64,000 nucleotides of DNA from Eledone cirrhosa (GCA_964016885.1 OZ024742.1:57970001-58034000), one strand, 5' to 3'; counted from the first letter of the stretch, positions 1-15,103 are shown. The notes: generated from the letters alone by a model not told the origin. Numbers and translations: made by a program.

Positions 1-79
1 AGTTTACGTATTTCAATTTTTCTATATGCTCAGTGCTGAAGTTTGGTGTCGTTTTCAGAAAGCTATCATCACATTTATA

Positions 80-97
80 CATATATATAAAACTGAA

Positions 98-132
<35 letters not shown>

Positions 133-854
133 TAATTTTGGCAAAGTCTATACAAATCCATATTTCTACTCCAATTGACTTCAAACTTGCATTTATATAT
201 TCCTTGTGGTCTAAAGATATTAACAGCAGCTTTTATTTTTCAATTTTCTGTTGTTAAAGGCGTTTTTTTCACTAAAACTTTAAGCTCCTTTTGTTAGTTC
301 GGCAATTTTGTCTACAATGTTCAAGAGAGAGATAACTCTTTAGTATTTCGAAAACGTTATCTCTCTTTATAGACTATATTATCCCTACTTAAACATACAT
401 CCCTTGAAGTTGTTGATGGTGACCCCAATAGTAACTCCAAAGCGTTCGGCATCCGATATAACAGTTCGGTCTATATCAGATTGGGTAGATTTTTGTAACC
501 TTAAAAGTATCCAACTAAATTCCTTCATGCTCTCCACCACTGCAGTCCCACATGCTTACTGCTCTGTAACTATTGCTTTCATTGTACCATAGCACAACAA
601 ATACATGTTCAGTTTGTCGAATGCCTTTTTACTTAACCCTATCGTCTTGGCTTTCGTGGGTTGAACATTTTACTCTCAGGCACCCAATTAAGTTAAACCC
701 CTGGTAATCTATGATGAATTTTTTTACAAGCACAAAATGTAGACACCATCCCCAGGCCAATATATTCCGTACTTCTCTGTACTGTTTCAGAAAGGAGGGA
801 TAAACATGTCAATCTATGTTTAGAAGCCTGAGCAATGCTGGGCCATTCTGCTAG
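80..854 (+). mobile_element. Putative non-autonomous Helitron-like element
   Basis: Begins ATATATATAAAAC followed by a (GT)n tract. Ends with a short GC-rich hairpin-like segment (gcctgagcaatgctgggcc), then CTAG (851-854) followed by T, resembling a Helitron 3' end. No coding capacity. Confidence 0.4.
100..130. repeat. (GT)n microsatellite
   Basis: Direct reading. Confidence 0.95.
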
Positions 855-1299
855 TATATATATCATCATCACCATTTTATGTCCGCTTTTCCCTGCTTGC
901 AAGAGTGGGACGGGTCCTATTCAGCACAGCATCTCTCCACTTGTCACGGTCCTTCGTCATCTCCATATATTAAAAAATGAGGTTTTTTTTCCAAAATGAA
1001 AAAAAAACGAGATGTCCTACACGAGTGAAAGTATAAGGAAAAAAGATGAAATCGAAAATGCAACTGACGTCTTTTTAAGAATATTTATTTGGTTCCTTTA
1101 CCAGTTTCGCAGTTCTTATGCTTTTCAATCTACTTTTGAAATTTTCGATTTCATCTTTTTTCCCTATATACCCCCCCACCCACCACCACTCTCAAGAGCA
1201 TGAAACTAATAAACCTTTGTTCGTACTGCCTCTCTGTTTTGTTCCCGTTCCATTTTTCACTATATATATATATATGTATATATATATATACATATATAC

Positions 1300-1740
1300 A
1301 CTGTAAATGTGGTCGGTGTTAGGAAGGGCATCCAGCCGTAGAAAACCTGCCAGATAGTACTATATGAGCGAGACACGGCCACCCGACCGATCTTGCCTCA
1401 AGTGGGACAACTCCCGTCTAACTCATGCTAGCAGGAAGGCTGGGATGAGGAAACATGTGCTTACATATGTTCTGATTTTGGCATGGCTTCTATGACTGGA
1501 TGCCTTTTCTATCAGCAACTATTTGACAGTGTACTGGATGCATTTTATTGGGGTGCCAACACTATGGAGGCTGTCATGTCCTTGACACAACTGAAGAGTC
1601 TTCTCAGCCCTTTGTTTAGCATGGCTTCTATGGTTGGGTGTCCATCATAACACCAACAACCTCTCAGGGTGTGCTGGGTGGATTTTATTGTGACACCTAC
1701 AATAGGGAGGTTGCCATGTTCTTGGCACAACTAAAGAATT
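1300..1740. mobile_element. Fragments of the RTE 3'UTR/SINE-tail module (+ at 1300-1440, decayed - copies at 1480-1740)
   Basis: ctgtaaatgtggtcggtgttaggaagggcatccagccgtagaaaacc matches the 3'UTR of the RTE copy at 7550-7800. Confidence 0.75.
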
Positions 1741-3094
1741 TTCTAATGCCAATTGCATATTGTTAATCCTTACAGTGCTAATTCAATTAAATATTTAATT
1801 ATAGACTAAGCAGCTGGTGGTTTCTGTCAAATATTTTTGCTCAGCAGAACTTATACAACCATAGAAATAATAATAATTAAAATCAATTTTATTATTGATC
1901 TTTATAATAAGCCCTACTAAGACAAACTTGTTATGTGCACAGAGTGAAGTGAAGCCTGCATGACAGATAGAAACATGTTAAAATTAGAATCACAAATCAT
2001 AACAAATAGATGATGACAGGCTGCCTCCTACATTGTCTGCCCTGGTTCTGTGTGTTTAATACTTCATTGTCCCTGGACTGGTACATTGTTTATCATCCTC
2101 GATACCATGCCTGATTCTACAATACAAAACTGTTCATTTCAATGTGTTTATATTTACCTAAAAACCTTCGATTATAATTTTATGTAAGAACCTTTGTTAA
2201 GTTATGTTTCAAACATCAGTTTAGTAATGAGTAAATTATATTACTAAATCTACCCAAATTCTTGATTATAAATGATCACCCAGTAGACTCTGTAAAGTGT
2301 CATAGAAAACCTGCTAAACAAAGGGTTGGGAAAACACTTCAGTTGTAAAATAGATATGACAACCTCTCTAGTTTTGGTTATTTACATGATAAATGATCAC
2401 CCAGTACACTCTGTAAAGTGGTTGGTGATATGAAGGGCATACAGTCAAAGAAAACCTGCTAAAAAAAGGGTTGGAAGACTCTTCAAGCTGTGTTAGAGAT
2501 ATAACAACTTCCTTAGTGTTGGTGCCACATTAACATGCACTAAGTAGAGCACAGGATTCTATGTTGGACTCACTGATATAGACATGTGATGTGTATGGAT
2601 GATGGTTGTTGAGTAAAGATGTACCAGGAGATGCCAATGGATGGAAGCAGCAGTTGAGAAAAATCAAGAAAAACATTGGCAGAGATAGTAAGAGTTTATC
2701 TCAACATGCTGAACCTCAGAGAAGAGATGATGAAGGAATGCTACAAACGGAAAGAGGCTGAGCTGGAAAAACTGGTCCAACCCACGCAAGCATGGAAAAG
2801 CAGACATAAAATGAATGATGATAATAATGTCATAAACAAAAAATTCCTAAATGTTAGCCATTTACCATTTTTTGAGAGTGTTAAAGTATCAAGATATGAC
2901 AAATGCCAAATATAAAACACCAAAATTCATAGTGAACCATTTTGACATCACCCCACCTGAAATTGACTGTAGTTCTATGATACAAAACTGTTTGTTTTTA
3001 AGTGTCTATATTTATCTAAAAACCTTCCATCATAATTCTATGTAAGAATCTTATGAGTAACAGTAGTTGATTTGGTGGCTTCTAGCTTGGGGTT

Positions 3095-3330
3095 TCAATC
3101 TATGCATTTTTCCATGCATGTACAAGTTGAATGAAGACCAGAGCTTACCCCAGTTACATGAGGCACTAAGTGACTGGAAGTACAAAATACTCCCACCCCT
3201 TGAACAGGACTCTGTGAAATGAAATCATGTGAAATGAAATCCCCTTGTACAAGGACATAACATAACCCATGGTGTGGAAATTGAACGCATAACCTTTTGA
3301 GTATAAGCCGAAAATCCAAACCACTAGGTC
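3095..3330 (-). mobile_element. Decayed tRNA-derived SINE
   Basis: Reverse strand reads ctagtggtttggatttt...gcgttcaattt (A/B-box-like) then tgtccttgtacaag...atttcac, like the SINE at 43517. Confidence 0.55.
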
Positions 3331-3759
3331 ATAAGTTATTTCTGTTTAAAAAAAAAGTAGGAAAAGACTACAAGCACATCACCAATATGTTTTGATACAA
3401 AATTTAAAGCAATGTTAGGAATGTGAAATCCATAAGAATAGGTGTGTCTAATGATATATGTACATTTAGGAATTCCAAATGAAATTCTTATTCCCACATA
3501 TCTCCTAACATCATGTAATGATTTAGCAGAAAACATCTAAAAACAAGTTTGTTAATTGATATGTTTGTTAGTAGTATCTTTACTAACTGACACATCTTTG
3601 TGAAAATTTGCTGTATTAGAGTAAAGACTGATTTTTAATGTGATGTAGTCATAGTGCTTTGTACTTTTCACAACTGTCTTGGTAAATGTTAATAGTGTAC
3701 CTAAGAAAAATAAGCATTGCTTATAGATGGTAGGTATGTGACTTGACCTAAAACTTCAG

Positions 3760-3900
3760 CAGTTGGACTGGGCTCATAATCGTAAGACCATGGGTTCAAT
3801 TCCACCCTGGATGAATCCTTGAGCAAAGCATTTTATTTCAGTCCACTTGGCTGAAAATAAGTACCAGTAGCAGCTGGAGGTTAATCTTGTGATAGATTGA
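3760..3900 (+). mobile_element. Decayed tRNA-derived SINE
   Basis: gggttcaattcc B-box followed by tccttgagcaaagcattttatttcagtccact core shared with 43517-43800. Confidence 0.6.
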
Positions 3901-4547
3901 TGTTCTAAAAAAAAAACCAATTGTTTTATGAAGTTTATTGTATGCATCTGGTGGTTTAGAATGGGTATACTGTGTCTCTGCATTTTGAAGAGACAACAAA
4001 AAGGGCTGACACAAGAAAGGAGAGCTGGTTATAAAACACCGCCTGAAAAAGAATCCCATATTATGAGTACTGCAATGTTAACACCTGCTTTAGCAAGGTA
4101 AAAGCGTGTTATAAAAAACACTTGTTGTATGTGTTGAGTTGCCATCTTATTAAAATTAGGGTGGTGATGGTGGTGGTGGTAGGATTGCTTATAAAATCTA
4201 GGTACTCTTTCTTTGATTTTTGGAAAATCATATGAGGGTTCCATGAAATAAGTTTGCAAAGTATGTTTATATAATTTTACATATTTCATATAAACAACCA
4301 AAGAGAATCCACTATCAGATTATCTGAAGACAGACAGAGATATGTAGGTAGGTAAAAATAGAGAGAGAGGAGCAATATAATATCTAATTCAAATTTTTAA
4401 GAAAATTAAATACAATGTTATTTGAATCAAATAATAAAGGTTTCTAATATTGGTACAAAGTTACAAATAGGAATGATAAATGGCATTATGTGGTTGCCTA
4501 GAAGAGAGAATAACAGATTCTGATGGTCTTATCTTATGCATATATAT

Positions 4548-4832
4548 ATATATCTAGTAAAAATAAATACAAAGACCAAAATCTGAAGAGGACGCATAAG
4601 GATCCACTAATATGAAAAGCATTGTCTGTCACACACAAGAGATGACTGAGGAAGGAAGGGGTAATAACGTTGTTGAGGAAAGAGGGGTGATAACGTCGAC
4701 TGAGGAAGGAAGGGGTCTGTTTGTGTGTTTCTAACACTTGTGTGAGTGAGTGCGAAGCAACCAACCAACCAGGCACAGGGCTAGCTAGTTGTATATATAA
4801 GTATAAATAAACTTGCAGAGCAAATATTTATT
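4548..4832 (-). mobile_element. Dispersed repeat, probably a PLE terminal-repeat family
   Basis: Both ends are reverse-complement homologs of 41740-41845 (aataaatatttgctct...; ccttat..gtcctcttc.gatttt.gtctt). Confidence 0.45.
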
Positions 4833-5096
4833 ATTCATCATCATTATCATCGATTAACGTCTATCTTCCATGCTAGCATGGGTTAGACGGGTTTGTCTCA
4901 TTTAGAGGCAAGATGGGTCGGGTGATCGTGTCTCCCTCATATAGGAGTGTTTCTGGATTGTTTTCTACAGCTGGATGCCCTTCTTAACGGCAATCACATT
5001 TACAGTGTGTGCTGGGTGCTTTTTGCCGTATTTTTTACACAACAACTTTACAGTGTGGGCTGGATGTTTTGTGGTACCAGCATTATATATATATAT

Positions 5097-5426
5097 ATAA
5101 ATGGAAACTATATTTATAAAACCATATTTATTTATTATACATATTTCAAGGGCAACCAAGGCAAATTATGGTGCGCTTTCATCAGATAAAATACAGATTT
5201 GTTATATAAATAAATATTGACATACCCGGAAAAAAGACAACCTTAATGATTGGAGGTTCCTGGATAGCTCCAACCGTTAAGTTTGTCTTTTTTCCGGGTA
5301 TGTCAATATTTATTTATAAAACAAATCTGTATTTTATCTGATGAAAGCGCACCATAATTTGCCTTGGTTGCCCTTGAAATATGTATAATAAAATAAATAT
5401 GGTTTTATAAATATAGTTTCCATTTA
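5097..5426. repeat. ~330-bp near-perfect foldback palindrome (two head-to-head copies of an HHR-bearing PLE-type terminal repeat)
   Basis: 5097-5255 is the reverse complement of 5268-5426 with few mismatches; the loop is about 12 nt. Confidence 0.9.
5330..5395 (+). ncRNA. Type I hammerhead ribozyme (minimal stem III); mirror copy on - strand at 5129-5193
   Basis: Stem I tattttat/ataaaata (8 bp); core CTGATGA; stem II aagcgca/tgccctt; GAAA; stem III A-T-atgt-A-T; cleavage triplet AUA ending at 5387. Confidence 0.8.
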
Positions 5427-5755
5427 TTAATATATTGTGTATTTACTCCACTAAGCTGTTGAGTGCTTTATATCAGTTATAAACATTTTAAAGCTTGTTG
5501 AATCCCAACAAATTAAATATAACCTCTACATATATATATAAATATATATATGAATAAATACATGTATATATCATGATAATGATATATATATATATATATA
5601 TACTTATATGCATGTACATATACATATACACATCATATATACATACACATATATATCATCAAACTTTGTGGGTAGGACGTGTTGTCCCTTAGGGAGAAAA
5701 ACAGGTCACAGGACCATGTTTAGCTCACCCGGGGCAGGTTTTGGCTTGGTTTCAA

Positions 5756-5862
5756 CAGAGATTAAAAGTTAAAGCAATAAATTACTGTTTTCACCCTAAG
5801 TGAGTTTCCGAAAATCCCACTTAGGGTGAAAGCAGTAATTTATTGCTTAAACTTTAAATCTG
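5756..5862. repeat. ~105-bp foldback palindrome containing a degenerate HHR-like half
   Basis: ttaaagcaataaattactgttttcaccctaagtg pairs with cacttagggtgaaagcagtaatttattgcttaa. The 3' arm resembles 41720-41740. Confidence 0.8.
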
Positions 5863-5869
5863 TACTAAT

Positions 5870-5916
5870 AATACATATATATATATATACAACATGTATA
5901 AGTATATATGTATATA

Positions 5917-5974
<58 letters not shown>

Positions 5975-6208
5975 CATATATACTTATACATGTTGTATAT
6001 ATATATATATGTATGTATATACATATATATATACATATACATGTTGTATATATGTATGTATATACATATATACATATACATGTTGTATATATATATATAT
6101 GTAAATATATAAATATATATATACATATACATGTATATATATATGTATGTATATACATATATATATACATATACATGTTGTATATATATATATATATGTA
6201 TGTATATA
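5870..6208. repeat. (TA)n/(CA) compound microsatellite with recurring acatgttgtat units
   Basis: Direct reading. Confidence 0.95.
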
Positions 6209-7830
6209 GAAACAGTCAGTAAGGTTAGAATTAACAACGAATATAGTGAAGAGTTTAGCGTAAAAGTTGGTGTCCATCAGAGCTCTGTTCTTAGCCCCCT
6301 ACTATTTATTATTGCCCTTCAGGCTATAACAGAGGAGTTCAAGACCGGCTGCCCATGGGAACTCCTATACGCAGATGATCTAACGCTCATAGCTGAATCA
6401 ATGACCGAACTAGAGAAGAAATTCCAAACATGGAAGCACGGCCTAGAATCAAAAGGCCTTAAAATTAACCTGGCTAAGACAAAAGTTCTAGTTTGTAGGA
6501 AAGAAAATATGGCGGCAGTCCCATCTGGGAAATGGCCATGCTCAGTGTGTAGGAAAGGCGTAGGTAGAAACTCCATTTTATGTCCCAAATGCAAAGTATG
6601 GGTGCATAAAAGATGTAGTGGGATCACAGGTAAGCTAACTAAGAACATAGATTTTACATGTGGCCGGTGCTCTGGTGCAATAAGTAGCAGCAAGTGCCCA
6701 CAAAATACTAGCTCCTTCAACTGCGCAGAGGGTTCTATAGAAATAGTGGACAGCTTCCGTTACCTGGGTGACAAAATCAGCAGTGGGGGAGGGTGCTCTG
6801 AAAGTACAGTAGCTAGAGTCAGAACTGGATGGAAAAAGTTCAGAGAGCTTATACCACTATTAGCCGGTAGAGGGTTCTCCCTAAAAATGAAAGGCAGGTT
6901 ATACAATGCCTGCATACGAACAGCAATGCTGCATGGCAGTGAGACCTGGGCATTGTGTGCAGAGGATATACGCAGACTAGAGAGGAACGAAGCTTGCATG
7001 CTCCGCTGGATGTGCAATAGTAATATACGTGAACGGCAAAGCATAAACGAACTAAGGAAAAAATTAGAAATAAGAGGGATCAGATGTTGTTTACTCGAGA
7101 GAAGGCTACGTTGGTACGGTCACGTGATGCTCATGAAAGACGACAGCTGTATAACAAAGTGCAGGGCAATAAAGATAGACGGTAGCCACGGAGTAGGCAG
7201 ACCCAGAAAAACATGGGACGAGCTGATAAATTCCGACCTCACACGCTTACACCTCTCCAAGACAATGTCACTGGACCGAGACCTTTGGCGGTACTCAGTA
7301 ATAGAGAAGACCCGCCTTACCTAAATACAAAGTAAAAACCTACTACAGTCAGTAGGCATCTCTATCAAAACACCCCCCCCCCGTCCCACCACCTCCACCC
7401 CATCCACACCGCCCCTTTCAATGTACAGTTATGTTGGTCCCACAACATCCAGGCCGAAACAAATGAGATCGTGTAGGTGTCACGACAAAAAAACACACAG
7501 TCCACGCTGTAAATGTGGCCGTGTAGGCAACACGGTAAAAACCTCCCAGCCCCACACTGTAAATGTGGTTGGTGTTAGGAAGGGCATCCAGCTGTAGAAA
7601 ACCCGCCAGACAGTCCACGCTGTAATGTGGCCGTGTAGGCAACACGGTAAAAACCTCCCAGCCCCACACTGTAAATGTGGTTGGTGTTAGGAAGGGCATC
7701 CAACTGTAGAAAACCCGCCAGACAGTCCTATGCGAGCAAGACAACCACTCTTGCCTCAAGTGGGAAAACCCCCGTCCAAACCCATGCAAGCGTGGAACAC
7801 GGACGCTAAACCTGATGATGATGATGATGA
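6209..7830 (+). mobile_element. 5'-truncated RTE-clade LINE (C-terminal RT with embedded PHD-like finger, 3'UTR, (GAT)n tail)
   Basis: Open frame to stop at 7324 with [53 protein letters not shown]; tail ggacgctaaacct(gat)n. Confidence 0.93.
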
Positions 7831-7861
7831 TACATATATATACATATATATACATATATAC

Positions 7862-7914
<53 letters not shown>

Positions 7915-8379
7915 CATATATATATATACATAAATTTAGATATATATACATATAGATATATATACATATAGATATATATATATATATATATAGATATATA
8001 TACATATAGATATATATACATATATAGATATATATACATATAGATATATATACATATAGATATATATACATATAGATATATATACATATAGATATATATA
8101 CATATAGATATATATACATATAGATATATATACATATAGATATATACATATAGATATATATACATATAGATATATATACATATAGATATATATACATATA
8201 GATATATATACATATATATATATATATACATATAGATATATATACATATATATATATATATACATATAGATATATATATATATATATATACATATAGATA
8301 TATATACATATATATATATATATAGATATATATACATATATATATATATATATAGATATATATACATATATATATATAG

Positions 8380-8422
<43 letters not shown>

Positions 8423-8506
8423 TACATATATTATATATATATAGATATATATACATATAGATATATACATATATATATATATATACATATATATATAGAT
8501 ATATAC

Positions 8507-8555
<49 letters not shown>

Positions 8556-8556
8556 C

Positions 8557-8622
<66 letters not shown>
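7830..8622. repeat. ~0.8-kb (TA)n array with tacatataga sub-units
   Basis: Direct reading. Confidence 0.95.
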
Positions 8623-8965
8623 CATTTTCATCATCATTTCATTTTACGTCCGCTTTTTCCCTGCTTGCAAGGGTGGGACGGGAACTGATTCTGGCTTGAT
8701 TTCTACAGCTGGATGCCCTTCCTAACACCAACCTCATTTACAGTGAGTGCTGGGTGCTTTTTTGCCGTGGCACCTCCACGACCACTTTGCAGTGGAATGA
8801 TATGGACCCCAGACCCTATCATCTCATTTCTACAGCTGAGTAAACTGGAGCAATGTGAAATGAAGTGTCTTGCTCAAGGAAACAACACATCACCCGGTCT
8901 GAGAATTGAACTCACAACCTTTCGATTGCAAGGCCAATGCTCTAACCACTAAGCCATGTGCCTCA
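8623..8965 (-). mobile_element. tRNA-headed SINE with RTE-like 3' tail
   Basis: Reverse strand: ggcttagtggttagagcattgg (A box), gagttcaattctc (B box), ccttgagcaagacacttcatttcac core, ending aagcggacgtaaaatga(tga). Near-identical copies at 15932-16265 and 41313-41645. Confidence 0.85.
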
Positions 8966-9030
8966 ACATATGTTGATTTAAAACTGCACTATCCACAAGT
9001 GTTTTTTAGCCTTCATATCATGTCCTCCTG

Positions 9031-9097
9031 TTTTATCTGATGAAAACACAAATATTATTGCATGATGATGTTTGTTTTTGAAATGCGCATAATAAAA
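9031..9097 (+). ncRNA. Type I hammerhead ribozyme in a PLE-type terminal-repeat fragment (to ~9130)
   Basis: Stem I ttttat/ataaaa; CTGATGA; stem II aaac.../...gttt; GAAA; palindromic stem III ATGCGCAT; triplet AUA ending at 9091. Same family as 45502/45913. Confidence 0.78.
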
Positions 9098-9159
9098 TAC
9101 ATGGAACTCCTTTAACCATCTTTTGATCTTATATATTATATATACATATATATATATAT

Positions 9160-9916
9160 TCTCTTTTACTCTTTTACCTGTTTCAGCCATCCGGCTGAGG
9201 CCATGCTGGGGCACCGCCCTTGTTGCTACACATTTTATCTCCAGCCTGTATAGGTTGGCCACTGGTGTAGGAGGGAGTTTGTTGCTGCTGCCCTTAGGTT
9301 TCCCTCGTGTCTTGCTGTGGGCTCATCCGGGATCCTGGATAACAAGGTGTCGAGATGTTTCTTAAAGACATCCACCTCCACGTCATGCAAGTCTCGCAGA
9401 TGCCTCGGCAGCCTGTTGAAGAGTTGAGGGCCCTTGAATCCCAGGCTATTGCAATACCTGCTCCTTATTCTAGATGTGGAAGACGGGACCTTTGGCACCA
9501 CACAGTGACGTCCTGTTCGACGGTTGGTCCAGCTCCCAATGCCAAAGTTTGGTGCTAGTCCCTCCAGGATTTTCCACATGTAGATCACTGCGTATCTCTC
9601 CCGTCTTCGCTCCAAGGAGTAGAGGTTCAGTTCCTTCAGCCTCTCCCAGTAGCTTGTCTCCCTCATCTTGGCAATCCTCTTGGTGTAGCTTCGCTGGATT
9701 GCCTCAAGCTCCGTGGTTAGTTTGACACTATGGGGTGACCACAGCTGGGAGCAGTAGTCCAGGCGGCTTAGGACAAAAGTCCTCCACAGTGTCAACATGG
9801 TGTCTCGATCTCTTGTAAGGAAAGTCCTCAAGATCCAGCCAGCGAATCGTCTACATGCTGTCGCCACCTTCATGATGTGTGAAGAAAAAGATGCATCATC
9901 GCTCATGTCTATGCCC

Positions 9917-9918
<2 letters not shown>
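9160..9918 (-). mobile_element. 5'-truncated CR1/L2-group LINE (RT C-terminus and 3'UTR)
   Basis: [65 protein letters not shown]; short tandem (gtaaaaga) tail. Confidence 0.88.
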
Positions 9919-12122
<2,204 letters not shown>

Positions 12123-12124
<2 letters not shown>

Positions 12125-13104
12125 CATCATCATCATCATCATCAACGTTTAACGTCCGTGTTCCACGCTTGCATGGGTTTGGACGGGGGTAGTCCCACTT
12201 GAGGCAAGAGTGATTGTCTTGCTCGCATAGGACTGTCTGGCAGGTTTTCTACAGTTGGATGCCCTTCCTAACACCAACCACATTTACAGTGTGGGTCTGG
12301 GAGGTTTTTACCGTGTTGCCTACACGGCCACATTACAGCGTGGACTGTGTGTTTTTTTTTGTCGTGACACCTACACGATCTCATTTGTTTCGGCCTCGAT
12401 GGCGCGGCACCAACATAACTTTACATAGAACGGGGTGGTGTGGATCGGGTGGGGGTGGTGGTGGTGGGACGGGGTGTATTTTGTTAGAGATGCCTACTGG
12501 CTGGAGTAGGTTTTACTATATATTTAGGTAAGGCGGGTCTTCTCTGTTACTGAGTACCGCCAAAGGTCTCGGTCCAGTGACATTGTCTTGGAGAGGTGTA
12601 AGTGTGTGATGTCGGAGTTTATCAGCTCGTCCCAGGTTTTTCTAGGTCTGCCTATTCCGTGACTACCGTCTATCTTTATTGCCCTGCACTTTGTTATACA
12701 GCTATCGACTTTCATGCGCATCACGTGTCCATACCAACGTAGCCTTCTCTCGAGTAAACAACATCTGATCCCTCTTATCTCTAATTTTTTCCTTAGTTCG
12801 TTTATGCTTTGCCGTTCACGTATATTACTGTTACACATCCAGCGGAGCATGCAAGCTTCGTTCCTCTCTAGTCTGCGTATATCCTCTGCACACAATGCCC
12901 AGGTCTCACTGCCATGCAGCATTGCTGTTCGTATGCAGGCATCGTACAACCTGCCTTTCATTTTTAGTGAGAACCCTTTAGCAGCTAATAGTGGTATAAG
13001 CTCTCTGAACTTTTTCCAACCAGTTCTGACTCTAGCTACAGTACTTTCAGAGCACCCTCCCCCACTGCTGATTTTATCGCCCAGGTAACGGAAGCTGTCC
13101 ACTA
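12123..13104 (-). mobile_element. 5'-truncated RTE LINE, same family as 6209
   Basis: ORF 12524-13102 is nearly identical to the 6131-7324 C-terminus; (CAT)n tail at 12123-12143. Confidence 0.93.
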
Positions 13105-13109
13105 TTTAT

Positions 13110-13140
<31 letters not shown>

Positions 13141-13275
13141 CATATATATACATATATATATACATATATATATATATACATATACATATATATATACATA
13201 TATATATATATACATATACATATATATATACATATATATATATATACATATACATATATATACATATATATATAC

Positions 13276-13310
<35 letters not shown>

Positions 13311-13326
13311 CATATATATACATATA

Positions 13327-14033
13327 TCATCATCAACGTTTAACGTCCGTGTTCCACGCTTGCATGGGTTTGGACGGGGGTATTCCCACTTCAGGCAAGA
13401 GTGATTGTCTTGCTCGCATAGGACTGTCTGGCAGGTTTTCTACAGTTGGATGCCCTTCCTAACACCAACCACATTTACAGTGTGGGAGTGGGAGGTTTTT
13501 ACCGTGTTGCCTACACGGCCACATTACAGCGTGGACTGTGTGTTTTTTTGTCCTGACACCTACACGATCTCATTTGTTTCGGCCTGGATGTTGTGGCACC
13601 AACATAACTTTACATAGGAGGGGGTGGTGTGGATGGGGGTGTGGGTGGTGGGACGGGGGTGTATTTTGTTAGAGATGCCTACTGGCTGTAGTAGGTTTTA
13701 CTATGTATTTAGGTAAGGCGGGTCTTCTCTATTACTGAGTACCGCCAAAGGTCTCGGTCCAGTGACATTGTCTTGAAGAGGTGTAAGTGTGTGAGGTCGG
13801 AGTTTATCAGCTCGTCCCAGGATTTTCTAGGTCTGCCAATTCTGTGGCTACCGTCTATCTTTATTGCCCTGCACTTTGTTATACAGCTATCGACTTTCAT
13901 GCGCATCACGTGTCCGTACCAACGTCGCCTTCTCTCGAGTAAACAACATCTGATCCCTCTTATTTCTAATTTTTTCCTTAGTTCGTTTATGCTTTGCCGT
14001 TCACGTATATTACTATTACACATCCAGCGGAGC
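13327..14033 (-). mobile_element. 5'-truncated RTE LINE, same family, tandem with the 12123 copy across a (TA)n spacer
   Basis: [15 protein letters not shown]...EKTRLT plus the same 3'UTR and (CAT)n tail. Confidence 0.92.
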
Positions 14034-14044
14034 ATATATATATA

Positions 14045-14075
<31 letters not shown>

Positions 14076-14091
14076 ACATATATACATATAC

Positions 14092-14137
<46 letters not shown>

Positions 14138-14345
14138 ATATACAAATATATATATACATATACATATATATACATATAAATATATATATACATATACATA
14201 TATATACATATATATATATACATATACATATATATATACAGATATACATATATACATATACATATATATATATACATATATACATATATATACATATATA
14301 CATATATATATATATACATATATATATATACATATATATTAAACT

Positions 14346-14613
14346 TAGAAGTGGTGATCTCAAATAGCGATATATATATATGAATGTATATATAGTGTAT
14401 TTTGCAATACACTGTATGCTTAATTAAATGCATTTTGAAGACCTCACGCTATTGTTTTAATGTAGTGACTATGTCACCTCTTCGTTCAGCAAACAGAGGG
14501 AGATAAGCTGACAGATCTCTGTTTCGTACTGTTGGTACTCCTCAGAGTTTAGCACTCCCTTTGCCTGCTGAAAAAAATGAATGTTGGATTCTTATAGAAT
14601 TCCAGTAATAATT
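14346..14613 (-). mobile_element. Non-coding HHR-bearing repeat, family B (retrozyme-like), partial unit
   Basis: Reverse complement of 35470-35737; contains the HHR at 14504-14551; no ORF. Confidence 0.8.
14504..14551 (-). ncRNA. Canonical-core type I hammerhead ribozyme (family B)
   Basis: Reverse strand: taaact CTGAGGA GTAC caaca GTAC GAAA CAG agat CTG TC agctta. Stem II 4 bp, stem III ACAG/CUGU, GUC triplet; stem I has one mismatch (taagct in the 35532 copy). Confidence 0.85.
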
Positions 14614-14677
14614 AGCCGTTAATATGCATAGGGAAAGTATATACTTTCAAACGTTCAATCATTTGACAGGAAGGTAT

Positions 14678-14720
14678 ACAATGTTGACAATAGCTAATAA
14701 GCTTGAAACTAGTTCATTGT
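14678..14720 (+). ncRNA. Type I HHR, family A copy 1 (U3-A8 core)
   Basis: acaatg TTGACAA t agct aata agct t GAAA CTAG TT cattgt: stem I 6 bp, stem II 4 bp, palindromic stem III ACUAGU, triplet GUU ending at 14714. Confidence 0.85.
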
Positions 14721-15103
14721 TCCTTTGTCAGTGTTGAACAAAATGCGACGATGGTTGCCGAACACTGAACGGCTTAATTCGGGCTGTTTGTTTACAAACA
14801 AACTGATCATTATAATAAATGTTCGGTAAACTCATATGTACATATATATGTGTGCATGTATGTATATATATACATACTACTGTACGTCTGTATACATATA
14901 TGTATGTACGTATACATACTTACATTTAAGTATCAGCCATACTAAGAGTGAGAAATGAAATTTTGTTTCATTCTTTTCTATTTATCGTTTTCGGTACGCC
15001 CGGCCGACTAACTCACTCGACATGCAAATTAGGCTGCTCAGTCGTTAATATGCATAAGGAAAGTATATACTTTCAAACGTTCAATCATTTGACAGGAAGG
15101 TAT

